Part shown: positions 1 through 12,590 of the stretch, piece by piece | Position numbering within the stretch: the first letter of the stretch is position 1 | How the letters are laid out: every line of letters begins with the position of its first letter | Assembly (NCBI GenBank): GCA_977017645.1 | Contig: OZ360221.1 | Span: forward strand, 92,318,001 to 92,382,000 | DNA length: 64,000 nucleotides | Direction of reading: 5' to 3' | From: Torpedo marmorata | Lineage: Eukaryota | Notes under the pieces: generated by a model | The model's database searches: none | What the model was told of the DNA's origin: nothing | The model's input: the letters and a program-made list of their open reading frames with translations, nothing else | Position numbers and translations under genes: made by a program

Positions 1-84
1 TTCTCTCCTACTGACTACATATTTATGTTACGTGAGGTGAAAAGAAAATGTCTTTTACTTAAATGTGCTGTGGTCCCCATTGAG

Positions 85-1410
85 AATGACTAACCTAGAA
101 CATAGAGACTTAGAGGTACAGTTGTATAGTTCCATGAAAGTGACAACATTGGTAGAAAGGGTGGTGACAAAGGTATTTGACATACTTACCTTCATTGGTC
201 AGGGCATAGAGTACAGGAGTAGGCATGTCATGTTATCAGATTATTGAACATTGGTGAGACCGCACTTGGAATATTGTGCGTAGTTTTGGTCACAACTAAA
301 GGGATCATTAAGCTGGTAATGGGTGCAGAAAAGATTCACAAGAATGTTGATGGAAGAAGGAGACTTGAATTATATGGAGAGGCTAGATAGGCTGGGACTT
401 TTCTCCCTGGAGAACAGGATGCTAATTGGTGACTTTTTTAGAGATTCATAAAATAATGAGGGACATAGACAAGGTAAATGGCCATAACTAAAACACGAAA
501 GCTGCAGACATCGTGGTTGAAGTAAAAACACAATGCTGGAGAAACTCAGCAGGTCAAACAGTGTACTTTATGTAGCAAAGATTTCGGGCTTGAGCCCTTC
601 ATCAAAGTATGGAAAAATGTCGGCAGGACCCCAAACAAAATGTTAGGGTGGGAGGGGTAGGGGAAGGAGCACGGACCCAAAGGCAGGAGGTAGTCGGTGG
701 ATAAGGGAGGGAGGAGGGCACAGCAGCAAGCAGGGGGAGGAGGGATGGCTCTGTGAATAGAGAGGGAAGGGAATGTAAAGCTAAGGGAAAGAAGACAAAG
801 GGAAAAGTGAAGGGAGTGAGAATGGAGAGCAGGTTAGCAGAAACCGGAGAAGTTGATGTTAATGTCATCCGGTTGGAGAGTGCCCAGACAGAAAATCAAG
901 TGTTGTTGCTCTAATTTACAGGTGGTTTTGGTGGGATAGTACATGAGGCCATGGACAGACATGTGAGTATGGGAGTGGGACGCAGAATCGAAATTGTTAG
1001 CCACTGGGAGATCGCTGTCACTGATGCGGACAGAGCAAAGGTACTCAGCGTAGCGATCTCCCAGTCTGCGCCCAGTCTCTGGTCATGGTCATAACTTAAT
1101 GGTCATAGTCCTTTTCCAAGGGTAGGAGAATCTAAAACGAGAGGGCAGAGATTTAAGGTCAGAGGAGAAATAATTAAAAGGGATCTGAGGGGCAGCTTCT
1201 TCACACAGAGGGCAGTGGATATATAGAACAATTTGTCAAAGGAAGTGATAGAACCAGGGGAAATTTTAATATTCAAACGGCATTTAGACAGGTACATGGA
1301 TAAGAGAGATTCAGGATATGGGCTGAATGCAAGCAAATGGAATCACATAAGCCAGTATGGACAAGTTGGGCTGAAGGGCCTGTGGCTGTACTACAGATTT
1401 CTGTGACTCA
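85..1410 (+). mobile_element. Decayed CR1 LINE 3' fragment, split by a Penelope insertion at 487-1080
   Basis: Typical CR1 RT C-terminal and 3' UTR motifs (GGTGAGACCGCACTTGGAATATTGTG, GGGCTGAAGGGCCTGT tail); the sequence resumes after 1080. Confidence 0.75.
487..1080 (-). mobile_element. Penelope-like element 3' fragment (end of GIY-YIG domain plus tail with partial hammerhead)
   Basis: Homologous to the GIY-YIG copy at 21232-22308; carries the shared tail CTGGAGAAACTCAGCAGGTCAAACAG and TTCGGGCTTGAGCCCTTCATCAAAGTATG. Confidence 0.8.
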
Positions 1411-2219
1411 CATATTATTGTTTTTTTTTTTAAGTAGTCTGTCTCAGTAAGAATGAAATTAATATAACTATTTTCCTTTATGTTGAAAAAATTGACTTAT
1501 TTTCAAAACATGAAAAATATGAGTTTGTGCCTAATAGGTTCATAAGGGAAGTTATGAAAAACTTCTTCAGATTGAAACTTTGTTACAGTCAATCTAAATC
1601 CAGTGGAGACTGATTAGCTCAACCATTTGAAAATCGGAAAATAAAAATGAACAAGTTGTTGAGAGAATGCATTGCAAGGAAATTGTCACTAGTTATTTGC
1701 CCTACAGGCATTGATCACATATAATAATCCTGTGCAATTGGACAAGTGCCAATGGTGCTCAATGCTAATGTTAATGCAGCATGGTTTGTGTCATCAGATG
1801 CTTACTCATGCGCTCCAGCTTCCCTTCATAGAGGCATACTCATCCAAAATTTCAAGATGTGATAGATAGGTGACTCAAATTATACGAGTGATTAGCAATT
1901 CTGTTTCTGTCGTATTCATATACTTGTAGTTTTGTGTGTTCTAAGCTGAGGAAAGAAATGACAACTACTCATGGAGATTTAAATCAAGAAGGAATCTCTT
2001 GTAACTAAAGAGGTACAGTAGTTAGAAACACTAGTGTACCTGACGATAGGGTCAGAGAGGATAGGCACTAACTATCAGTTGTTTCTGAGAGACTATTGCA
2101 AGGGAGTAGCTAACAAGGAACAAGTCAAGTGTGAAAGATGCTCTCAGCTCTGAGTATGAGACCCAGTACAGTGAGGAATTCTGTGACATGGAAAAAAACA
2201 GCAACCAACTAATTTATCT

Positions 2220-2320
2220 CAATAAAGGGTTGTGTCCCAAAACGGTGACTGACCGACCATTTCTACCCTTGGATGCTGCCAAACCCTCTGAGTTCCTCCA
2301 GCAGCTCATTGTTTGCTGGC
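2220..2320 (+). repeat. Degenerate Penelope-tail-derived repeat
   Basis: GATGCTGCC...CTGAGTTCCTCCAGCA motif shared with 5565-5755 and the Penelope tails. Confidence 0.45.
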
Positions 2321-2639
2321 AGCAGTTTGGGTTGGGCGCCTGTTATACAGCCCACCCTATTTTACTCTCATTGAGTTCTCCAGAGGGTAAAATCAAGTGA
2401 GCTTTAAAATAGGTGAAAAAAAAATAAGTGACCCTATTCAAACCTATCTGTCCTCTACTCTGTAGGTTACATTGTGATTACCCTCTGCAGTTCAAAGCTG
2501 CACCTATTGAAATAAAACAACAGGACAACAAAGGCTTTTCCAACTTTTTTGTGTAGATGAGCTTAGCTTGACACTCAGCTTGTTATATAATGAAAGGAGG
2601 ATGTGTGACTAGTACTTTTGCAGATCACATGTAAATCCC

Positions 2640-4618
2640 TGCCCGCTACCCCTTGCGTTGTTGATAATGGCTAAACGCGGACATTCCGGACACGGCGCTG
2701 CAGCCCAAGGGCTACACCCTCCATCGCACTGACAGAAGCCCTGGATGAATCAGAGAATTCGCAACCTGCTGAGGGCGAGAATAAGGGCGTTTAAGTCCGG
2801 GGAGTGGGATCTTTACAAGAAGTCCAGGAATGACCTGCGGAAGGCCATCTCTGAAGCAAAGTGGCAATAACCGGAGGAAGCTAGAGACGGAGGCAGATAC
2901 ACGCCAGCTATGGCAGGGAGTGCAGGCCATTACAGCCTACAAAGCGAGGGAGAACATTATAGACGGCTGTGATGCTACACTACCCGATGAGCTGAACACC
3001 TTCTATGCCCGCTTTGAGAAGAAGAACCAAACAGTGCCTACTAGAATCCCTGAAAAGGCTGAGGACCCTGCGATATCTGTCTCTGAGGGCGACATCAGAA
3101 CATCATTCAAGAGGGTGAATCCTCGCAAGGCGTCAGGCCCTGACGGCATACCTGGCAGGGTATTGAAAATCTGCGCCAACCAACTAGCCGGAGTGTTCAC
3201 GGACATTTTCAACCTCTCATTGCGGCAGTCAGAGGTTCCCACCTGCTTCAAAAGGGCATCAATCATCCCGGTACCCAAGAAGAGTAGTGTGGGCTGCCTC
3301 AACAACTACCGCCCAGTAGCACTAACTTCTACTGTAATGAAATGCTTTGAGAGGCTGGTCATGGCCAGAATTAACACATACCTAAGCAAAGATCTGAACC
3401 CACTGCAATTTGCCTATCGCCACAATCGCTCCACAGCAGATGCAATATCGCTGGCTCTCCACTCAGCTCTGGATCACCTCGAAAACAGCAATTCATACAT
3501 ACGGCTGCTCTTCATCGACTACAGCTCGGCCTTCAATACCATTATTCCCTCAGTGCTGGTCAAGAAGCTACAAACTCTAGGCCTCTGTACCCCCCTCTGC
3601 AACTGGATCCTTGACTTTCTCATCGGAAGTCCACAGTCATTACGAATTGGAAACAACGTCTCCTCCTCACTGATTATCAACACAGGCGCACCCCAAGGAT
3701 GAATGCTTAGCCCACTGCTCTACTCGTTATACACCCATTACTGTGTGGCTAGGCACAATTCCAATGATATCTACAGGTTTGCCGATGTCACCACAGTTGT
3801 CGGCAGAATCACAAACAGCAATGAGGAAGCGTACAGGAGGGAGACAGATCAGCTCATTGAATGGTGTAACGACAACAACCTTGAGCTCAACATCAGCAAA
3901 ACCAAGGAGATGATTGTGGACTTCAGGAGGAAGTCAGGGGAACACGACCCAGTCCTCATTGAGGGCTCAGTAGTGGAGAGGGTCAAGAACTTCAAATTCC
4001 TGGGTGTCAACATCTCCGAGGATCTGTCCTGGAGCCTCCACGTTGATGCAATCACAAAGAAGGCTCGCCAGAGGCTTCACTTTGTGAGGTGTCTGAGGAG
4101 ATTTGGTTTGTCACCGAAGACTCTCATAAACTTCTACAGGTGTACCGTGGAGAGCATTCTGGCTGGTTGCATCACTGCCTGGTATAAAGGCGCCAACTCT
4201 CAGGACAAGAATAAACTCCAGAGGGTTGTTAACTCGACCTGCGACATCACAGGCACCAGACTTCACTCCATCGAGGACATCTACATGAGACGGTGTCTTA
4301 AAAAAGCAGCCTCTATCCTCAAAGACCCCCACCACCCAGGCCATGCCCTCTTCACTCTGCTTCCATCGGGAAAAAGGTTCAGGAGCCTAAAGACAAGCAC
4401 CCAACGGCACAAGGACAGATTCTTCCCCGCTGCCATCAGATTCCTGAATAATTAATGAACCAATGACACTGCCTTACTTTTCGTGCACTATTATTTATAT
4501 TTTTTTACAGTAATGTCGTAAGATGGTTATAATATGAATGTTTGCACTATGATGCTGCTGCAAAACATCGAATTTCATGACTTGTTCATGACAATAAATT
4601 CTGATTCTGATTCTGAAT
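2640..4618 (+). mobile_element. Rex1/Babar-clade LINE, 5'-truncated and internally deleted
   Basis: RT ORFs at 2830-3702 and 3703-4455 (YRPVALTS, FIDYSSAFNT, GAPQG, FADV); AATAAA followed by a (TTCTGA)n tandem tail at about 4599-4618. Confidence 0.9.
2830..4455 (+). pseudogene. Rex1 reverse transcriptase, one premature stop at about 3700
   Basis: Two consecutive in-frame ORFs (290 aa and 250 aa) with non-LTR RT motifs. Confidence 0.85.
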
Positions 4619-4619
4619 G

Positions 4620-5270
4620 AGAAATATAGTTGTAAACTGCTGGATTCAATCCTGATAAATGTGAAGTGATGCACTTTGGGAGGACTAGAAGGATAGGACA
4701 TACAGTGAACAGTCGGGCCTTGGGGAGTATTGAGAAGCAGAGGGCCTTCTGCATAAGTACAAGGATCCCTGAAGATAGCAGGCTGACCATGGTGTCAAGA
4801 AGGCACATTTACCTTCATGAGCCATGGAATAGAATGTAAGAGCGGGGAGGCTATGGAACAGCTTTATAAAACTATTGTTTCAGCTCACCACACTAAAGGA
4901 AGGATGTGATTTCACAGCAGAGAGTGCAAAAGAAATTCACTAGGATGTTGCTTGAGATTAAGTATTTCAGTTATGAGGAGAAACACGATAGCCTGGGATT
5001 GTTTACTTCAGAACAGTGGGTGGGGGTGATACAGATAAAGGGGTAATAGGTTAAGAAGGGAGTTGAGGAAGAACATTTCAATCCAGAGAGTGGTGAGTGA
5101 AATACCTCTTAAATTTTAAGAGAGAATCTGTCTGAGTGAGTGGTGGAGACTGGTTCTCTCTTAATATTTAAGAGGTATCCGGACAGGCACTTGAGTAGCT
5201 AAGATATAAAGGCAAGGAACCATTTGCTGGTAAACTAGATGGCTGCTTGATTATTGGCTAAGTGACCTAT
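4620..5270 (+). mobile_element. Decayed CR1 LINE 3' fragment
   Basis: TTCAATCCTGATAAATGTGAAGTGATGCACTTTGGGAGG (FNPDKCEVMHFGR) CR1 motif and downstream CR1-like sequence. Confidence 0.7.
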
Positions 5271-5272
5271 TT

Positions 5273-5547
5273 AAAAAAAAAATTTAATTTTTAAAAAAAT
5301 TAGTCATACAGCACTGTAACAGGCCAATTCGGCCCGAGGAGTCCGTGCCACTCATTTTACACCCAGTTAACCTACACCCCGGTTAGTTTTTGAAGGGTAG
5401 GAGGAAACCAGAGCCCCCAGAGAATACCCACGTAGACACGGGGAGAACGTACAAACTCCTTACAGACAGTGCGGGATTCGAACCCAGGTCCAGTCCCGAT
5501 CACTGGCGCTGTAATTGCGTTGCGCTAACCACTACGCCAACTGTGCC
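5273..5547 (-). mobile_element. tRNA-derived V-domain SINE (HE1-like) with CR1-type tail
   Basis: Minus strand has a B-box (GGTTCGAATCC), the V core GTTTGTACGTTCTCCCCGTGTCT..GGTTTCCTCC, a GGGCCGAA..GGCCTGTT tail and an A/T-rich end. Confidence 0.8.
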
Positions 5548-5564
5548 GTATGACTCTCCAAGAG

Positions 5565-5755
5565 CAACAAACACTCTGCTGGAGGAACTCAGCAAATTGA
5601 GCAGCATCAGTGGGAAAAAAGAACTGTTCTGAAAGGGTTCCAGCCTGAAACGTCAACAGTTATTTTTCTTCCACTGATGCTGCTCGACCTGCTGAGTTCC
5701 TCCAGCAGATTGTTTGTTGTTCTAGGTCCCAGCACCTGCAGTCTCCTGTGTGTCT
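5565..5755. repeat. Fold-back (hairpin) element built from two inverted Penelope-type tails
   Basis: Arms of about 55 bp, including a perfect 20-bp inverted repeat at 5575-5594 / 5690-5709; the loop contains the hammerhead-like remnant CTGAAAGGG..CCTGAAACGTC. Confidence 0.7.
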
Positions 5756-6610
5756 CTAACTCCAGGAGAAGTTCTTGGAATGTTCAAAGATGAATCGCAC
5801 AGCAGTGCATTTGTACTGCCCTTGGTTAATTTGACAAATAAAGCTGAACTACATATAAAGCTCAAGAGGAAAAAGAGGTATCCAAGGACTGCCAGTGCCC
5901 AAATTATTGAAGCTGCAAGCTGAAAGCTCAGTGCCGAACCGGGTCCCAGTGATGAGGGAATCCATTACTGTGATCAAGAATCAAGCTTTCAAGTTCTGGA
6001 ATGTTTTTATTGTGATATAGCAAATAATAAAAATAAAACATAGGAAATTTTCACCATTTTTGTCCGGCAGTGGAAATTGTACACACGAGAATGACAGTCA
6101 GTTGAAGAATCAGACATTAATAAACTTATTTGAATGTAGCAGAATCTTGCAAGTACTTGAGATACTATATTTGGAGCTGTGTTTTAGAAAACTTGAACGG
6201 AGAGAGAGGAAACAACAAGCTGAAGAAAGAAATCAACACCATAAAAGGACCTGAAGTTTCATCTGAAGCAGCTTGATGTCTTTATATAGAATAAAAGACT
6301 AGAGCTACAGAAGTAAGCGATTCATTTCCAAAAGACACAACTGTAATTCAGTGAAATCAAAGAAACTACGAATCAAGAATTGTTATTGCATGGAAGGAGG
6401 CCATTTTGCCTGACAGGTCCATAATGTAAATACAATCCATCTGGTCAAACTCCTCATCCTCTCCCCCTAGCCCCACATCTTTTCTTTCAGATATGATGGG
6501 AGTATCGGTCCAGTTAGCGCCAGTGACCGGGTTCCCATCCAGCACTGTCTGTAAGGAGTTTGGACGTTCTTCCCGTGACCTGCATGAGTTTTCTTCAGGT
6601 GCTCCGGTTT

Positions 6611-9567
6611 CAAAGTTCAAAGTTCAAATTTATTGTCAGAGTACATACATGACATCACATACAACCCTGAGATACTTTTTCCTGTGGGCACGGCAGAATT
6701 TCTACTTATCGATCATGCAAACTGTACTCAAGATAAAGATACAAATACAAAAGAGAGAAATGTAAACAAAGAAAGAAATGTAAACAAACAGACTGTGCAA
6801 ATACAGAACAAATAACGATTCATTCATAAATAAAATGCAAAGTAAGAATCCTTAAATGAGTCTTTGATTGATTTTGATGTAGAGGAATCTGATAATGGAG
6901 GGGTAGCAACTATTCCTGAACCTGGTGGTGCGAGTCTTGTGGCACCTATACAGGTATACCCCGCTTTACGAATACTCGCTTTACGCAAATTCGCTTTTAC
7001 GAAGAAACCTGTGTTCGCTTTTAAGAAAGGATTTTCGCTTTTACGAAAGCAGCGAGCCGTTATAGAGGCTGCGCGCGCATGCCGAGGAGCTCCTTCCCCG
7101 GGAACTACGATGAGATGTCAATAAATAGATGAACCTCTTCCTCTCTCTGCTACATCTCAGTCTCCTGTACCTACCACCCAGTGGCGTCACTAGGGTTGGT
7201 GTAACCCCGTCTCCCCCCCACCACCCATGGACCGAGTGTACGAGTGTACCGAGCGTAGAAGAAACAGGTGTGTGTTCCTTGTATGTCCGGGTTGGCGGCG
7301 GCGGCGCTGAGCGGTGGGGGGGGGGGGTGGGGGTGGGGGGGATCTGACCGGAGCGTATTAGAAGGTTCAAAAAGTAAATTTCTACTTTATAGGCTGTGTA
7401 TTTATCATATCATTCCTGCTTTTAATAAATGTTAGTGTTATTTTGGGTTTTATGTGTTATTTGGTATGATTTGGTAGGTTATGTTTTGGGTCTGTGAACG
7501 CTCAAACAATTTTCCCATAGAAATCAATGGTAATTGCTTCTACGATTTACGCCATTTCGGCTTACGAAAGGTTCCGTAGGAACGCTCTAGTTTCGTAAAG
7601 CGGGGTATACCTGTACCTCTTTCCTGATGGCAGCAGCGAGAATAGAGCGAGAATCATCTCGGGTGGTGTAGATCCTTGATGATTGCTGCTGTTCTCCAAT
7701 GGCAGCGTTCCATGTAGATTTTCTAGATGGTGGGGAGAGTTTTTCCTGTGATATACTGAGCTGTGTCCACTACCTTCAGCAGGGCTTTCCACTCAGAGAT
7801 ATTGGTGCCTCCACACTTTCCACCACACATCTGTAGAAATTTGCCAAATTTCCGACATCATGCCGAACCTCTGCAAACTCCTGATGACGTAGGGGCACTA
7901 ACGTGCTTTCTTCTCGATGATAGGTCCAGGAAAGGTCTTCCAAGATAGTGACTCCCACAAATTTAAATTTGCTCACCCTCTCCACCTCTGATCCCCCAAT
8001 GTTCACTGGATCATACACTTCTAGTTTTCCCTTTCTAAACTCAACAATCAGCTCCTTGGTTTTGCTGACAATGAATGAGAGGTTATTGCTGGTGCACCAT
8101 TCAGCCAAGTTTTCAATATCCCTCCTGTAGGCTGATTGATCACCCCTTTTTATACAGCCCACTACTGTGTTATTATCAGCAAATTTGTAAATGGTGTTAT
8201 TGTCGGAGGTGTAAAGCAAGTAGAGCAGGGGCTAAGAATGCAGCCCTGTGGTGCTTCGGTACTGATGGAGAATGTGGAGGAGATGTTCTTCCAATCCTCA
8301 CTCATTGTCATCTGGAGGTGAGAAAATCTAGGATCCAATGACACAGTGGGGTATTGAGGCACAGGTATTGGTGTTTGCTGATCAATTTTGAGGGGATGAT
8401 GGTGTTGAATGCCAAACTAGTTGATAAAGAGCATCCTGATGTATGCATATTTGCTGTCCAGGCATTCCAAGGTTTTATGGCGAGCCAGTGAAATGGCATC
8501 TACCGTAGATCTATTGCTGCGGTAGGCAAATTGGAATGGATTCATGGCGGTGTTCAGACAAGAGCTGATATGCCTCAACACCAGTGTCTCCAAACACTTC
8601 ATCCCTGTGGATGTGCATGTCACTGGATGGTAGTCATTTAGGCAGGTTGCCACACTTGGGCAGTGGTACGATTGAAGCCTGTTTGAAACAGGTGGATACC
8701 ATGCCCTGCTGGAGTGAGATGTTGGCAATATCTGTGAATACATCGTCAAGTTGGTCAGCACAGCTTTTGAGTGCTCAGCCAGGTACTCCGCCCGGACCGA
8801 ATGATTTCATCGGATTCACTCTCCGGAAGACATCCCGTACATCATCTTTGGATACTGACAGTTGAGGAGCATCGGGGATGTGGGGGTGCGCAGTGGTTAT
8901 TCCTTGTTCTGGTGGTCAAATCGGGTGTGGAAGGCATTGAGCTCAACTGGGAGTGAAGCTTTGGTATCTCCTATTGCATCAGGTTTGGTTTTGTAGCGGA
9001 TTATGTCATTTAGGCCCTCTCACAGCTGTAGGGTATCCTTCATTGTTTTCATTCTCGTCTGGAATCTCTGCTTCATCCGGGAGATGGCTTGTCATAGATC
9101 GTACCTGCTCCTTGTGTAGTGTTCTGGATCTCTGGACTTAAATGTCCGTGATGTGGCTGTCAGCAGGTTCTGGATTTTATTGTTCATCCAGGGCTTCTGG
9201 TAGGGAAAACCCTAAATGATTTGGTGGGGGCACACTCATCCACAGCTATTTTGAATAAAGTCTGTAATGGCTCAGGTGTAATCATTCAGATCCTCAGCTG
9301 AGTTCTTGAACACCACCCAATCCTCAGCCTTCTGGATGTCCTGATCTCTGAAGCCACTCCTTTTAGGCTCTGTCTGTATGCAGGCAGGGTGATCCGAATT
9401 GCCAAAATGCAGTCTCGAGGAAGAACGAAAGGCCTTCCTGATCTTAGAGTAGCAGTGATCAAGTGCGCTGGGACCTCTGGTATAGAAGGTTACAGGCTAG
9501 TGATAATTGGGCAGGGTCTTCTTGAGACAGGCCTGGTTAAAGTCACCACTATGATTTGTGGTGCGTC
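6611..9567 (-). mobile_element. Rex1/Babar LINE, decayed, containing a Tigger-type MITE
   Basis: Frameshifted RT fragments (ORFs 7776-8219, 8308-8499, 8417-8761); (TGAACTT)n tail at about 6611-6628. Confidence 0.88.
6951..7613. mobile_element. Non-autonomous Tigger/pogo-type (Tc1/mariner) MITE
   Basis: Perfect 22-bp TIR CAGGTATACCCCGCTTTACGAA; TA duplicated at 6949-6950 and 7614-7615 within the Rex1 sequence GGCACCTATACCTC. Confidence 0.9.
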
Positions 9568-10999
9568 ACATCTCTCACCCTCCAAAAAAAATGTACGGGG
9601 CTGGTACGTTAATTGTGTGTGATTGGGCTACACAGGTTTCATGGGTTCAAAGTGGCTTCTACTGTTCTGTATCTTTAAAATTAAATCAAAATTAAATGAT
9701 CCACTCCCTTCTGCATGCTATCATTTATCATTTCCAGTTCCACTTCTCAGCCCCTTCAACACCCACTTGGTCTCCATTATCTCTGCTCCCCATCCATTTT
9801 CCTTTGCTCCTGTAAATGGGAGAACAATGATATCTTAAAGTGAAGAGGGCTAAATTTCATGATTGTTTTGGTGCTCCCTGATTAGGGAATAGTGCAAAAA
9901 TGGGTGAAATTCAATTTTTATTTTTCCATCAAGTTTTAACCTAGAGGTGATAATACAGCGGCCGATAATGGCAGTGACTGAATAAAGGTATTCCTCTATT
10001 ATCCGACATTTCATGAACACATTTTTCTACAACCTTTGGGTTCAATGTCTTCAATCAACAAATCATATTGCCACTCCTCACGCATTGAATATGCAATTGA
10101 AAAAATAAGCATGATGCACTTTGCTCTCTTTTCAGTTTTCAAAATATTGCTTAATGAAACATTTTTCCAGCAATCATCCCCTTCATAAAACAAGGAATAC
10201 CAATACAAATTTTACGCAAAAAAGGAAATAATAATAATAAACCAACTGGTTTGAAAACTAATGATCTGCAACCCAGGATGCTTTGTGGTGAATTGACAAA
10301 CTGTTATATTTGTGAAAAGATGTACCCTCAGGAAAGTGATCAATATCCAGAGTAAAGTCTGACATGAAACAAGGGATTTCAAAGTTATTTTGCTATAAGA
10401 CAAAAAAATAAGTTTAGGCATACGAGCATGATATGTACACATACATTCATTTGTGTTGCAGAAATGTAAGTAGCAAAAACTAATTTAAAGAGAAGTATTA
10501 TCCCAGATACGTCTGGAACTGTACCTAAAACGGACCACCTGACCACCCCAACAGGTGCAAAGCCCATCGATTTCGAGATAAGTATTATTTCAATTTCAGT
10601 TCAATGTTTAGGTCAAAAGGGGATTATTGTAGAATTAGTGTAGATGGGTGGTTGATGACTGCTGCAGGTTCAAAGGGACTGTCTCCGTGCTGTATGTCTC
10701 AATGATGGTGCTTGCTGATGGATGGTAAGGTGGAGGTTGTATCCATCCACTCGTCTAAAGTCTATCAGCAGCTTAAGAGGGAAGGCATCACGGTTACCCT
10801 CAGGATGTCAGCTAATTGGCTTAAAAAGAAAGCCAAAAATCATGCAGTTAAACAAGAAAGTCTGCAGATGCTGTGATTGTAGTTTGCACAAAAATGCTGG
10901 AGAAATTCAACAGGTCATGCAGCATTTTTTATTTAGCAAAGATAAAGATACATAACAAATGTTTAGGGCCTGAGCCCTTCATCAAGGTATGAGCAAAAG

Positions 11000-12330
11000 T
11001 TAATAATCTTCGTCATACTTTGTTTACATATTTCTTTCCAATGTTCTTCATCTATTGTTCCATTCAAATCTGATTCCAATTTTAATCTTGATTTATGAAT
11101 TCCTGGTTTAGGCATTTTTCTCTGTAACAATCTATACATTTGAGAAATAAATGTATTTACACCCCCATTAGTAACTAATAATTCCAATTCACTTTGTCTT
11201 GGTAAAGTCAATTTGTAACCCAACCTTTCAACTAAAAATGCTCTAATTTAATAATAAGCAAAAAGTGTATTGTTTAATACATTAAACTTCTCTTTCATTC
11301 TTTGAAAAGTAATAAATTTACTAGCTTCAAAACAATCATTTATTTTTTTAATTCCTTTTTGAAACCAAATTTTAAATAATTGATTGTCAATAGTAAATGG
11401 AATAAGTTTATTTTGATATAAAGGCATTTTTTGAGAAATTAACCCTTTCCCTCCTATCTCCCTATCCACTTTATTCCATATTTCTAACAAATGTTTTAAA
11501 ATAGGAGAGTTTTTACCTCCTCTTAATAGTAATTTAGAATTCCATTTATAAATAACTTCTTCATTCAAATCCTCTCCTATATTATTTAATTCTATTCTAA
11601 TCCAAGCAGAAGATTTTCCTAAAACCTAAGAAATTAAAGAAATTTAATCTGACATTATCAGGTTTATGTTTTAGATGTAATAGAGAGGAAGGTTCTTTTG
11701 TACATTCTACGTGGCTTTGTCCAAAGATATATGATTTTTGGTTGAAAGTTAAAAAGTTTTTAGATAAAGTATTAAGAATTACACTCCCAATGGATCCTAT
11801 GATATTTTTGTTTGGACATATTAAAAGAATTAGTATTAAAATGAGATTAAATATGTATCAAATAGAATTTTTGCAAATTGCTTTAGCTGTTTCAAAGAAA
11901 TGCATTGCTATTATGTGGAAATCTGATGTAGATTTAGGGTTAGAAAGATGGCATGCAGAACTTCGTTCATGTATACCACTTGAAAAAATTACTTATAATT
12001 TACGTAATAAATATCATTTCTGTTTGAAAATATGGAGCCCATATGTAAAAACTGTCGGTTTAAGGATTTGAAGATCTCTGGATATCAGATCTGACTGGTG
12101 AACCTGTGTTCCACAATAAAATCAGCTTATAGTTGTTCTTTTTAGATTGACATTCTCCATACTTTATCTTTTTCTTTCTTTCTTTCTTTTTTTTTAAATT
12201 TTATTAGAATAGTAAGGGTGGGAGGGGAGGGAGGGAGGGTGAAAATATATCACATGTATTTTGATAATTTTGCATTTTATAATATGTATTATCGAGTGAT
12301 TTAAATTATTTAATAACATTTTTTTTTTTT
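11000..12330 (+). mobile_element. L1-clade 3' fragment with 5' inversion (about 11000-11620 inverted)
   Basis: ORF2 C-terminal pieces on both strands (11248-11568 and 10963-11223 minus, 11742-12071 plus); 16-bp TSD AAGGTATGAGCAAAAG / AAAGTATGAGCAAAAG at 10984-10999 and 12331-12346. Confidence 0.88.
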
Positions 12331-12379
12331 AAAGTATGAGCAAAAGGCAGGCAGCTGCCTGAATAAAATGGCTGGGGGG

Positions 12380-12590
12380 AGGGGCAGGGAGAGGAGGGGC
12401 AGGGAGAGGAGGGGCAGGGAGAGGAGGGGCAGGGAGAGGAGGGGCAGGGAGAGGAGGGGCAGGGAGAGGAAGGGCAGGGAGAGGAAGGGCAGGGAGAGGA
12501 GGGCAGGGAGAGGAGGGGCAGGGAGAGGAGGGGCAGGGAGAGGAGGGGCAGGGAGAGGAGGGGCAGGGAGAGGAAGGGCAGGGAGAGGAG
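12380..12590 (+). repeat. Purine-rich 15-bp minisatellite (GGGCAGGGAGAGGAG) x about 14
   Basis: Direct tandem array inside the Penelope 3' region. Confidence 0.95.

Larger units (their letters stand above)
6495..9695 (+). mobile_element. V-SINE split by a Rex1 insertion (5' half 6495-6610, 3' half about 9568-9695)
   Basis: The V core breaks at GCTCCGGTTTC (about 6611) and resumes as CTCTCACCCTCCAAAA...CTGTATCTTTAAAATTAAA, collinear with the SINE at 35782. Confidence 0.65.

Noticed and set aside
5470-5547. tRNA gene
   Set aside because: The A/B boxes belong to a SINE head followed by the V core and CR1 tail; there is no complete cloverleaf.
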